From Klebsormidium nitens (Eukaryota > Plantae > Klebsormidiophyceae): DNA of 64,000 bases. The notes beneath the pieces are model-generated. The model ran no database searches, had not been told where the DNA came from, and was given only the letters and a program-made list of their open reading frames with translations. The position numbers and the translations under genes are program-made. Position 1 is the first letter of the stretch. Every line of letters starts with the position of its first letter. The stretch covers positions 38,781-102,780 of the forward strand of contig DF237274.1 of the NCBI GenBank assembly GCA_000708835.1, given 5' to 3'. Below are positions 48,711 through 60,239 of this stretch, piece by piece.

Positions 48711-49342
48711 ACAGGCTGGTTATGTACGCAATGATCGGGTTCCGCGACGCCGTCGCGACGGTCGGGCAACCGTTCGCCAACTGTTGGCGCCAACAGTTGC
48801 CCGACAACATTGCAACAGCATTGCAACTTGTCGCAACACTGAAAGTACGTTTTTTGACGTTCGATATATACGCGGGCAACAGGACCGATCGCTGAGTCAA
48901 ATTCTCAGCCTACAAGCTTTTATCGTAGACTTTGACTTTTGTCGATAATTACCCGATGTCAAACTCGCGCGTAGGCCCGACTTTTTAAAGGCTGCAAAGC
49001 ACATGCATTGTCGAAGCGGATTGACACCATTCCCTTTGAAAACGCCAAATTAAAACACTCTCCTGGAAGTTACAGTATGTTCGATTTAATGTCCTAGGCT
49101 GCTTAAGTCTCGTAAGTAGAGACTGTTTTTTCGAGGGATTTGACACGCCATGTAAGTTCTTTTTTGCCCCTGTTTACAGGCAAATCACTGAGGCAGAGTT
49201 GCAACACTGTCGCGACACTTTCGAGAGTGTTGCGGAGTTGTTGCCCGACGGTCGGGCAACGGCTGCGCAACCGTTGAATGCCCGACGGTCGATCGACGGA
49301 CTCGACCGTCGCAGACCTGGAGTCTGCATATAACCAGCCTGT
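48711..49342. mobile_element. 632-bp MITE-like element with ACAGGCTGGTTAT TIRs and a 4-bp TSD; superfamily not assigned
   Basis: Left ACAGGCTGGTTATGTACGCA; right reverse complement ACAGGCTGGTTATATGCA. Flanking direct repeat GAAC at 48707-48710 and 49343-49346. Subterminal palindromes at 48778-48799 and 49240-49260, and repeated (T)TGCAACA and CGACGGTCGGGCAAC motifs. Confidence 0.75.
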
Positions 49343-50050
49343 GAACTTATCATACGTCGTTACCAGCATAAGGTTGATTCATCGCCGCCCGGCCTTCTTG
49401 TAGCTTTCGTACATGTGCCGCCCTCTGATCGGTTCATCACGTTTCAAACGGTTCGATCAATAGAGGGGATCAGGTGTACAAGTCGCTCTAGAAGCATCGT
49501 ATTGCTCGTTTCCACGTGTATAGCTACGAAGCCATGTCCACTTTGCAATCGAGTAGCACATCAGAGTGCATTTGTATCATGAACCACAATCAAAGGTTGT
49601 CCACAATCAAAGGTTGTCCGTTGGAAAAAGTAGCAGCAGAATGCAGCGGTCATTCCTTGGCGTTGCATACGAGCACCCAAAATATTTGTTCCTTCTCTTC
49701 ACGTAGTTAGAGCCGCTTGTGGTTTGAAACATTCGAGTAAGAGTAGCGCTTCCATGTGCAACAGGTTGGTGTTGCATGAAAGTGACCTTGTTGCAAGGAC
49801 CGTCGAGCACTGCCCTAATGGTGTAGCGTGACAACGTCACCTTTGCTCAACTTCTTGGCAGAGTTAACATCACACCTGCGACCTCAACGAATGCAACTTG
49901 CCCCTTTTTGTGTACATTTGAAGCTACTTTGTAAGCTTTTTAGATGGGACGTACTAATGCACGTATGTAAGCTTTTTCGGTGGGACTAATGCGACGTGCA
50001 TGTACCCAAGTAGCATCCCCAAAAGCTCTTCGAGTTCATTCAAGGGGGAC

Positions 50051-53000
50051 TCACAACTTGGAAGGGGCTGGGTACCAAGCCCAGGGATCACTCGAGATAT
50101 ACTTCGTGACCTGCTTAACGGAGAGGTAGTTCTCCAAACCCCTGCAAAGAGCAAGCGCCAAACCAACCCAGTTGATTTCGTATGCTAGTATTCCAAATCC
50201 TTATGCTGGTACCTCGCATTGTTAGGACAAGGGGTAAGAGCCGTTCCATTGCAGCCCCTCACGAACCCCACAAAAGCACTTAAGAGCGTGCTTTTCCTTT
50301 CGTGGCTCTTGATTCAGATCCAGATTAGAGCAGTTCTACAGAGCTTCGCTTGCTCCCGTCGTCCAAGCCTTGAGGGCATATGCCGACTCCAACAGGACAT
50401 CACACAAATGAGGGATGCGAAAAGTAAACCCATGGACACAGAAGTGGTCAACAAATTCCTCAGCGGAACGGACTCCGCCGCACTCGGCTCACCAGGCCCG
50501 AGCTCGTATTCGAAGCACATTGCGAAGTATGCAAGCAGAAACCCGGCAACAGGTAAGACGCGAACAACCCCTCCAGCGGACCGGAATCCGCCGGAACCCA
50601 CTCACCAGGGCCAGAGCTCGCGTTCAAAACACATCAGGAGGTACGCAAGCAGAAAAAAGGGAACCCAATAAGACGCGGACAGCCCCCCCAGCGGAACGGA
50701 ATCCGCCGGAATCCGCTCACCAGGGCCCAAGCTTGCGTCCGTGACACATACCAGAATGTGCACGCGGAAAACCCATAAGCGAACAGGAAGCGGACAGCCC
50801 CATCAGCGGATCGGAATCCGGCCGAAATCCGCTCACCAGGGCCCGAGCTCGCGTCCGAAGCCGCTGCGCTTGACGCCGCCCCAGGGCGCCTGGCAGAAGC
50901 ACGGCTGCGAGCAGTTGATCCAGAAGATGCCGCACTGGATCGCCTCCGACACGCGCTGGCACCGGGCCTCGTCCTTGGAGATGACGGCCGCCGCGAGCCC
51001 GTAGCTGCAAAGAAAAAAAAGCGGAGATGCTTTTGGCAGGGCCTAAGGAATGCGACCGATCAAAAATCCTTATGCGAAAAGACGAAAACTCGAGAAGGAG
51101 AAGCAATGCTGAACTTTCATAACAGAAGCGGGCTGCTTCAACGTAAGGAGCAGTTTCGAGCCGATGCGCACCGGCTGTAAGACTGGACGAACGGGTCACG
51201 GGACTCTTCTGGACGTAGCCGTCAGATGACCTTTGAAAATGCGAAGAGTGCCGCAGAAACGGCGCCTTTCTGCACCCCTTTGGAATGCAAGCGTTCTCGC
51301 TTACGAAACTCCAAGATTCTTACAAAACTCAAAAATTCCTGTCCAGCACACAAGTCACCGCACTGAGGGACTCCAACTTGATAAGCGAACCAAAGCACAG
51401 ATGGAATGCACTCACATTGAATCGTTGGCCTTGTTGATGGCCTCCTCTTCCGTCCGAAACGTGTCGACGGACAGCACCGGTCCGAAGATCTCGTCCGTCC
51501 AGACCTTGTGGTGCGGCTTGATGTCCACGAACACGGTGGGCTCCAAAAAGTAGCCCTTGGGCAGGTGCTGGACACGTGGCACACAGTGAAGCCGTCAGAC
51601 ATCCGCAGAGGTGACGCGCATTAGATATAAATGAGTGTTAAGTCCTGTTTGAGCGTGTGAGTAAATAATGCGGCTTGATCACGACAAACTGGTGCTTGGG
51701 CAAGTGCTGGACACGTGGCACTCAGCGAAGCCGTCAGAAATTTGCAGAGGAGACGGGCGTTTATCCTAAAATGTCTCGATTGTTGTTTGGACCCTGTTCC
51801 CCGTCAAATCGGCTTGGTCACCAGAAGGTGAGCCTTGGAAAGGTACTTTTACATGTGGCAGGAATGAATGTCGTCAGCCGGACAATTGTGCCGGAAGGTG
51901 GGCGTTTATTATGCCAGCTGTCCTGTTTCGGTTGATGTTGCAGCGTTTCGCGTGGATTTGTGAATCTGGACCTCTCAGTTCCGATGCCCTCGTCGTGTTC
52001 GGGCTTACCGGAAGGTACTACCGATCACTTGCGGGGCCATGATGACCCGCAAAAGTAAGAGCCGGAATCGCAGGTGCCGCTGTTAGATTCGCCGACACGG
52101 TGGAGAACCGCAGCTGATTGCATGTGATCCGATTTTTCCAGGACAGAAGGATCGATGCAAGTGGTGCAAGACTCGATACCAATGCCAAGCTCACTCAGTC
52201 GCAACTCTGAACGCTGTGAACCCGAGTCTCCAATACGCAGTGTGCACTTTCTCGAAGGTTTTCTCAGGTAGGAAGGAAGGGCTCTCCGACTGGGTGCATA
52301 AAGACTGTTTGGATAAGGTTTCAAAAAGCGGAAATCGCATAGAGATTTATCCTCGTTTTATTGCAATCTTATATTATATAGGAATTCTTTGTGTCGAAAT
52401 GTTCGGAAACGAGCGACTTCTGAAAGCGGACAAGCGCGCGGGCTGCATACCTTTGGTCGCTTGCCTCCAGTCAGAAGCGTCGCGCCATCCTTCTTGCCGG
52501 CCTCGATGCAGCCAAGCACTTTTTCGTACTGCAGCGAAAAATGTGCAGAAATGTGAGCATGGGACTCAAAAGCCGCTCACAAACAGACGTTGTCAAGCAA
52601 GGGGTGACCCATGCTCGAGAAGCCACTGCAAAGTAGCGCCTGTTTATTGCCAGTTCTTGCAAACCTTGTTCCCGAAGCACCTTCAGGGAAAAGTGTGAAA
52701 GCCCTGGGCTGCAAACTCTCCACAAGTGCTTTTCGCGGGTTTGCAGCGACGAAACGCCGGCGGAATTACGGACAAGATCGCCACCGCCATACACAGACGG
52801 AACCAGAAATTGCAGCCGCTGAATATCACCAATTGCGCCTGATCAAGACCAATTGCGACTAGAGAAAAATGAGGACCCCATTTCTTTCTACAATCTCAAC
52901 GCAACGAAACCCTTACATGGCTCTCGGCCCGAGACGCGATTTGCGGTTCAGTTGGTCAGCGATTACAATAGCTTGCGCCCACGCCTTGAACTTGTGCTCA

Positions 53001-56000
53001 AACCCAGAAAAGACTAAGGATTGATCCAACGTCGCCTGGAATCGAAACCTAAGGAATCTCACCTGGCTTTCGCTGACGAGCGGCCCGAGGCGCGACTTGC
53101 GGTTCAGTGTGTCATCAATCACAATGGCCTCCGCCCACGCCTTGAGCTTGTGCTCGAAGTCAAAAGAAGACGAAAAAGGAACCCAACTCCGTCTGATCCA
53201 AAACCGAAAAGATTCTTACCTTACTTTCGCTGACTAGCGGCCCGAGGCGCGACTTGCGGTTCAGTGGGTCAGCGATAACGATAGCCTCCGCCCACGCCTT
53301 AAGCTTCTGCTTGCACTCAAGAAACTTCGTTCTGAATCGAAACTCAAAAGACTCTTACCTGACTTTCGCTGACGAGCGGCCCGAGGCGCGACTTGCCGTT
53401 GAGTTGGTCAGCAAATCACGATGACCTCCGCCCACGTTCTAGGCTTGTGCTCAAACTCAGGAAAAACGAAAATCAAATCCAACTTAGTTTCGAATCGAAA
53501 CCTAGAAGACCCTCACCTGGCTTCGGCTGACAAGCGGCCCGAGGCGCGACTTGCGAGTTCCGTGGGTCCGCAATCACAATGACCTCCCCCCATATTCTGA
53601 GCTTATGCTCAACTCAGCAAAAACGAAGATCATATCCAACTTCGTGTCGAATCGAAACCTTCAAGACTTTCACCTGGCTTTCACTAACGAGCGGCCCGAG
53701 GCGCGACTTGCGGTTCAGTGGGTCCGCCATAACCATGGCCTCCGCCCAAGCCTTGAGCTTCCGCTTGAGCTCAGAAATGTCCCAAATGGAAAACCAAACC
53801 CAACTTCGTTTGGAATTGAAACCTAGGAGACTCTCACCTGGCTTTCGCTGACGAGCGGCCCGAGGCGCGACTTGCGGTTCAGTGGGTCAGCAATGACGAT
53901 AGCCTCCGCCCACGCCTTGAGCTTCCGCTTGAACTCGTCGGCGATGCTCTCTTGCACCAGGAGTCGTGACGTGGCGCTGCAGATCTGGCCGTTGGTCCAG
54001 AACGCGCCAAACATCGCCCACTCCACGGCTGCAAGAGAAGACGCGAAATACTGGTGAACAGAGTGAGGCTTATCTCAACCGTAAACGAGATTAGGCTGGT
54101 GATTCGTTGCCAGAGGGGTTTGGATGATGCTTCAAAGCCGGTAGGTATAGACCCATGCTTTGTGGTGTTCGAACCATTGCAACTGAGGGAAGGGTTCGAC
54201 GGTGCTCAAAAGGCAACTCGACTCTCGCGCGAGTTCGTAAGGAATCAAACGCTTCGGTAGGGTGGATAACGCATGTTGAAGACCGTGGCTCGAAGACCCT
54301 CCCAAAGCAGCTTTGCTTTTAGAATGTAATGTAGTAGTATGTGTCTCAGAGGCCTACATCAAGGACTTCGGCTCTTCGCTACTAAAGCATGCCGACCCTT
54401 TAAGAGTTTTACGCAGTGGTCAAAACATCTTCTCAAGAGCACTTTTGATTCTTCGTTCATACAGATCATCGTACGGCCAGTCAGCCAAAAGAACCACGAA
54501 GGCGTCAGCCAGAATCATCTTCGGTCGATCTCTTTAAAATTATTTGAAATGCATGCTCCTACCTTTGTCAATGTCTGCGTCCTCGAACACCATAAGCGCG
54601 CTCTTCCCACCGAGCTCCAACGAGACCGGCTGCAAGAAAACAACTGGATTGAACATGTCGAGAGAAGAACTCCATAGCGAGATAGACTTTCTCACTGCCC
54701 AGTACGAGTCACCGCCCTCCCTTTTGCACCGAGAAACCGGATGCTCGCCCGCCCCACACCTATCCGGCTTTTCTTCTTGTGCATTCAATGATTCAGCTCC
54801 ATAAATCAGCACGACGACTCTCAGATCTAGCACATTATGCGGAAAGCTTGGACGGTCTAAGAAGCAGTGGTTCGACGCGATGCGTAAGCGTTCGTTGGGG
54901 CGTGCCGGGTTACGTCACAGAACTGATGTCCAACGCTAACGAAGTACGAACCAGCTCGTCGGAAAGTGGGCAGTTTCGGCGCCATTTTGACACAGAGCTC
55001 GGCACCAGATCCAGGAAAAAGAACTGCTGACCGACTCATGACGCACGAGGCAACCCACAATATGAACCAACCATGTGCCTTGGAAAGCGCATTAGTCAAC
55101 ACCGACAAAGCGACCCTCGTTCGACGAAGGCTCGTTTTCGAGCAAGGATAAGACGGACCTTGATTGCTTTCGTGGCAGCCATCATGATTCGCTGTCCAGT
55201 TGCAGTACTGCCTGTGAAGGCCACCTGTCAGAGAAAAGAGGCGTGGGGTATTGCTTCTTTCCGCTTCGTTTCTAGTGTGAGGTTTTGGAGCGAGAAGATG
55301 CCCTGATGAGCTCGCCGTTTCAATCCCTTGGTTCTCAGACAAAAGGAGACAGTTGACAAATTAAATAGTACAGTAGGGACTACAACAAAACTCAAAACGG
55401 AACAGCCGCCCCAGTGATGCCCAGGTCCACATTCGAAAAAGGAGTACTTTGATTTTTGAATGAATTGGTGGACGTTTCAACCACCAGAATCCTCAAAAGA
55501 AAATCGGCGCTCAGAATTTTGCGCTGAGAAGGGACTTGCCGCCCAGGTGCCAACAGGCATGAAACGACCGGCCCACTTAATTCCCCAGGTCTAGCTTCGA
55601 GAAACGAGTTGACCACGAACGGGTGGGCAAAATCGGTAACATTTTGAATATGATCTGACGCTCAGAAAGTCCTTAGTTTTTCAGCGGAGAGCCACTCCCC
55701 GAAGGGTTCAGTCTGAGAAAGGACCCGCAGATCCAAGAGCCAATATTTCGTAACACAGCACAAGATCGTACCTTGTCAACTCCTGGGTGCTCTGCCAGCG
55801 GCGCGCCTGCCGTTGGCCCCAGCCCAGTGACGATGTTCAGCACGCCGGGAGGAAGCCCGACGTCAGCAGCAATCGCGCCGAGCTCCAGACACGTGCTGTA
55901 GGGAACACGCGTTTTAAGATGTTGTGAGGAATCTTCGAAGTAAGGCAATGCTCGGGTACGAAACGCTTCGTGTCTCGATTTGTGGGATATCTTTTCACGA

Positions 56001-58537
56001 AGAATAGAGAATCCTCTGGAAGAGGTCTACAGTCCCTTCGGTGCGAACGAGGCTCTATTCCGCATGGCAATAGGAGAATTTGAAAGATGTTTGGGAGCAG
56101 CGCTAATGCAGAACGTGAAAGCCAGGGCTTTACGGAAGATAGAGAAGGGATGGATGGCTTCTTGAATCCACTCAATGGCAGCCATGAGAACTTTGAGACG
56201 ACTCTTCTAGGAGGAAAAACGCCGTGGCCCTTGTGTGCTTACATCGAGGCCAGCTCAGACGGCTTCAGGATTGCGCAGCAGCCCGCCGCCAACGCCGGAG
56301 CAACTTTCCAGGCTGCCATCAACATGGGGTAGTTCCTGAAAGGCAAGAGGAGCGCATGTCAGGTGTCAAAAGAACTCTACTTGCTTTCACTTTGAGCAGA
56401 ATCAAGCTCTGCTAACTCGTCGGGGTCACTGTAGCTTGCTACTTGCCCCCCACAGATCCGCCATTGAATTGGTGCTCAGTTTTGAGCCTGGAGAGGCGGC
56501 TTCAGTTGTCAACATTCTCAGGCAAGACAGTAGGGAACGGGCGTCTATGACACGATCGACGAGACAAGGCAGCCAGCCAGAAACAGCCGCTAACTTTGAG
56601 CCAAGTTTCACTGCAGTCGGAAATCCAAATCGACTTCCAGGACTAGATCGAAGAAGCACTACAGACATCATTCCAAATCGACTCGCTATCTCCGAGCAAA
56701 GGTTTGTGACGCCTGTCAACCTTCCAGATTGACTCACTTCCCTAACGGGGACTTTGTAACAGCATGAGTTGGTTGAAATACAAACAAAAATTGGGCACAT
56801 TCTCACCAGGGGGTGATAAGGGCCACGACTCCAATCGGCTCCTTGGTCACGTGCGATTTGAAGGTGTCCATGGGGACTTTGATCTCGGTGTACTTGGTGG
56901 CGTCCAAGCCCTCCGCCAGCTCAGCATAGTACTCAAAACAGCCAGCCACGTCATCCTGCAAAGAGCGATATTCACACAAAGTTGTCAGCCCCTTTGAAGT
57001 CTGTGTGAAGCAGAACCGTTCGTGTCGGAGGTGTCGTTAAATTTACAGGTGATTCTCCATCAATGGCCTTGTTGTGAAGAAGAGACTGCGCTGAAGTGAA
57101 ACATTTGTGAGCTCATTGTGAAGGATGACAGCTCGCAAGCTTTCTGGCAAGGAACAGCTGCAGTTCAATCTGTGGCCCCCAGTAGTTTTGGACCCCCCAG
57201 TAGTTTTGGACCAGAGCATTCCCATGTGTACAGCTTGAGCGTGCCATGTCGAAGCCCTTCTTTACAAGTATTTGCCCTCTGAAGACAATTGAAAGGCTTA
57301 CCGAAGCATCCTTAGAACTTCTCAGTTACAAGGAGATGCGTAAGGTTTCAACCAGAATCAAGGTACTTGTGATGCAGCCACGACTTTTAAGAACCAAACA
57401 GACGGACCCTAAGCTAGCGGAGCAAAAAATGAAGGTTGCCAGGATCACTCACCATGTCCCACTCTGCTTCATCGATTGGCTTGCCATTGTCCATGGACTC
57501 AAGCTGTGCAAGCTGCGACTTGCGCTCGGTGACCTGATGAATTAAGTAGAGTTACCCTTCAGTTGTGGATTCTGGGACACTTCACACCCGCACGAGACTC
57601 AATGTTCGCTCGCTAAACATTTCCTTGAAAGCTGCTTTCATGGGGCCCATTCTCATCCTCACAGCTCAAGTGAGCCTACAACAGAAAGTCACTTGGTCCA
57701 ACACATCCTGTACTGGAGTGCATACATTGAAGAGAGGGAGGGACCAAAGGTATGTCTTTAAGAAACTTCAACCCCTGCCAGAAAAGGATTCCAGCTACAG
57801 TCAAACCTTGGGCCCAAAAGCTGAATGCTCCAAACAGGAGATAGCCAGAAGCTCCCGTATACCTTTGCAGCAATTGCCCGGAGGTACTTGGCACGCACGG
57901 CGCCCGTAGCCCTTGCCCAGTCCTTGCCCCCATTCCTGGTGAAAGCGTCCCTTGCGGCCTTCACCGCCTTGTCTACGTCTTCAGCAGTGGCCGCAGGGAT
58001 TGCGCCTGTGCCCCACAAGATGCACCAAATCTCCAATCAGTTTGATCAGGGAGACTCATAACTATACGAAGTGTCCAACACAAAAGCGTACAAAGTGTCC
58101 AAGACCAAAATGGAGGTATCCAAATCAATGAGAGCAAGGTTTATGCCCATGAACGTGCATCAGGTTGGGGACAACAAGCAGCTCTTGTAAGGGCAACGAG
58201 AGACATACATAAGACTAGACTTAGGACAAACAAGATTGAATTGCCAGCGGAGTCTTGCTCTTGGACCTAGTACAAACATTTTGACCTCAACACTCTAAGA
58301 CAATCTTGATTCCCCCCAAAAGCTGCTAAGTCTTCAAAAACCCCCTGTTGCATTCTGCATAATCAGTTTGACGGACAACCTCAGCTGGGTCTCACCGATG
58401 CTCTCCTCAGTTGCTGGGTTGATGATTGGGAGGCGTTCATTGAGAACAGGGGCTACCCATGTGCCATTGATGAAGAGATCCCTGGTTGGCACGGCAGTCC
58501 GTGCAGCCACAGCAGAGTGGCCATCACTTTCAGCCAT
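50051..58537 (-). CDS. ALDH10A: Peroxisomal aminoaldehyde/betaine aldehyde dehydrogenase (ALDH10 family)
   Basis: 13 exons, including 58537-58396, 54028-53838, 52528-52451, 51567-51416, 51004-50837 and 50141-50051. Motifs [23 protein letters not shown] (catalytic Glu), [14 protein letters not shown] (catalytic Cys), [22 protein letters not shown] and C-terminal SKL (PTS1). GIFW carries Ile at the position associated with the low-betaine-aldehyde-affinity AMADH type. Confidence 0.96.
50461..50857 (-). repeat. Tandem array (about 115-bp period, 4 copies) of the ALDH10 exon-12 3' end + donor + intron start
   Basis: GGCCCTG|GTGAG-like junctions at 50837 (real), 50721, 50606 and 50493, each followed by a GGATTCCG..CCGCTG-like block. 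Confidence 0.9.
51563..51760 (-). repeat. Duplicated branch point + acceptor + start of ALDH10 exon 11
   Basis: TCTGACGGCTTC.CTG.GTGCCACGTGTCCAG|CAC(C/T)TGCCCAAG occurs at 51567 (real) and 51706 (copy). A more decayed third copy may lie near 51865-51910. Confidence 0.8.
52915..53935 (-). repeat. Tandem array (139-164-bp period, 7 copies) of the 3' 96 nt of ALDH10 exon 9 + donor + about 60 nt of intron
   Basis: Donor junctions at 53838 (real), 53674, 53517, 53359, 53220, 53063 and about 52917. The 22-mer AGCGGCCCGAGGCGCGACTTGC (+ strand) is invariant in six copies. Confidence 0.95.
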
Positions 58538-60239
58538 GATTGATTCCTGATCGTTCTACTCCGCGAAGCAGAAGAAGGCCCCAATATGAATAAAATCTTC
58601 CTCTGCTCAGATCAAAGAGAGTTTCTTCTGTAGTAAGTTAGTGCAGAAAGCTGGAACTTGAAGTTGAAGTTGAAGGACTGGCTCTTTCCGGTCCCATTCC
58701 GGCGGGCACCCGTAGACAAGGTTGACGGAACGCGCCCTGCTACTTTGCAACCCTGTTGTGCGTGGGCTGAAGATTCCGCGCGCCATTCCCTGTGCATCCC
58801 GTTCCGCTTTGTGCACGACTCTCACTAATAGTGCTTGGAGTTGGCAGTGGGCTTCAAATTTCTAGGTCAGACCAACAATGCTGTTTCTGTATGCACAGCT
58901 GGGGGCGCCCATATCGACAGAGCTCCTTCCTGAGGCGACCACAAGACTTTAAAAGTTGTTCCGCGAGCGGCGGTGAGGGCTCTGTGACTTGCATGGGTCA
59001 TATAACAAGTGAAAACCACCGGGAGTAGCTTACTGGCTTTTGATTCTTCAAGCATTTTCCAAAAAGCCTGATGCGGCTGGTGGAATATTGTCAACTGTTT
59101 GGCGGTGAGCTGAAGACATGTATTGCTATCCATGAATGCTGTTTTGCAGTGCTGTTGAACTTCTACAAAGAGCAAATGCTTGATTGGGGCAAAAGAACAA
59201 GGGAAAAGTTTAGATAGCCCTTCCATGGTCCTGCCCACTCCATTGATGGCCCCTCATTTGCCTCCAGAAGCTGCCCAGAGTCTTGAATGATATTGAACCT
59301 GTGAAGTGGGACCGATGTGTATGGCAAGGCTCTCGCTGATGATTACTGTTTGAGCTTGGCCCAGTGGGCTTGGCTTTTCTCCCTAAAAATCTTCTGTTTC
59401 GTTGTATCTACTTTTAGTGATGTTGGCTTATCATTTCCCCAACTGGGCTCGGGCTTTCTTCTTTTGAGCTTGGCCCACTGGGGTGGGTCTCGCTTTTTGG
59501 AGTTCTTTGAGTTAACGCATCTCTATTTAGTCAACGTTACAATCCATGCAGACAATGCCAGAGTAAGAACATCAAGTTTCGACCTCTTCCCGCATTGCTG
59601 TATCTAACTCTTATCTTACAGACTGTGTGCTCTTTCCACAGTGGGCCATCCGCTTTGAGTGCAGTGTCAAAGTAAGTTCGATGCGTGCACCGTCACCAAC
59701 AACAAAGGGCAACAGGCCAGCTTGGTAAGCCTCGCATCTTCTCACATTGTAGAGCACTGGTCATTGGCCTGATCGTTGACATTTGCACCGCGTCTCTGGG
59801 CGAGTAAGGCAGGGTTTTTCGTAGGGCAAAGGCTGCGCTGAGTCAATTTGTGACTGAGGTGTTTTTAGAGAACCTACTGTGAGAATGTGCTTTTGGAATT
59901 AAGGATGCTTGATGAGGATTCCCAGTGCTTGATTAAGGTTTGAGATGTTGAATCATCTATGCTCAAAGTACCTTGTAATTGCCGCCCTTGCATGTTATGT
60001 ACAGCCAATGCTAGATATGTGGCGATCCACCATATGTAACCCTGAAGCTTGCGAGGAGTTCATTCCAAAGAAAAAAGTGCAAAGAAAGGACAGGGATGCA
60101 GTGGTTATCATCTGCATTACTTCTATAAAGAGTATGCATGATGGAGAGGTTTCTTTCCCTGCCAAGGGGATTTTGATGTGGTTGCCTCCTCTCATCCATC
60201 TCATCATTGGCCTTGCAGGTGGCCCGTGTGACATGCATC

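Noticed and set aside
49584-49619. 17-bp tandem duplication CCACAATCAAAGGTTGT x2
   Set aside because: An ordinary slippage or repair duplication with no further structure.
52915-53935. CRISPR-like array (invariant 22-nt core separated by variable sequence)
   Set aside because: The apparent spacers are homologous to each other, and the unit is a copy of the ALDH10 exon-9/intron junction. There are no cas genes and the context is eukaryotic.
55980-56732. Protein-like plus-strand ORFs inside ALDH10 introns
   Set aside because: Short, with no ATG or splice support and no recognisable domain.
57176-57210. 18-bp-period intronic tandem duplication CCCCCAGTAGTTTTGGA
   Set aside because: A simple local duplication, not at a splice junction.
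59340-59490. Repeated TTGAGCTTGGCCCA / TGGGC(C/T) site-II-like promoter motifs
   Set aside because: The motifs are short and common, and cannot be assigned to a promoter without TSS data.
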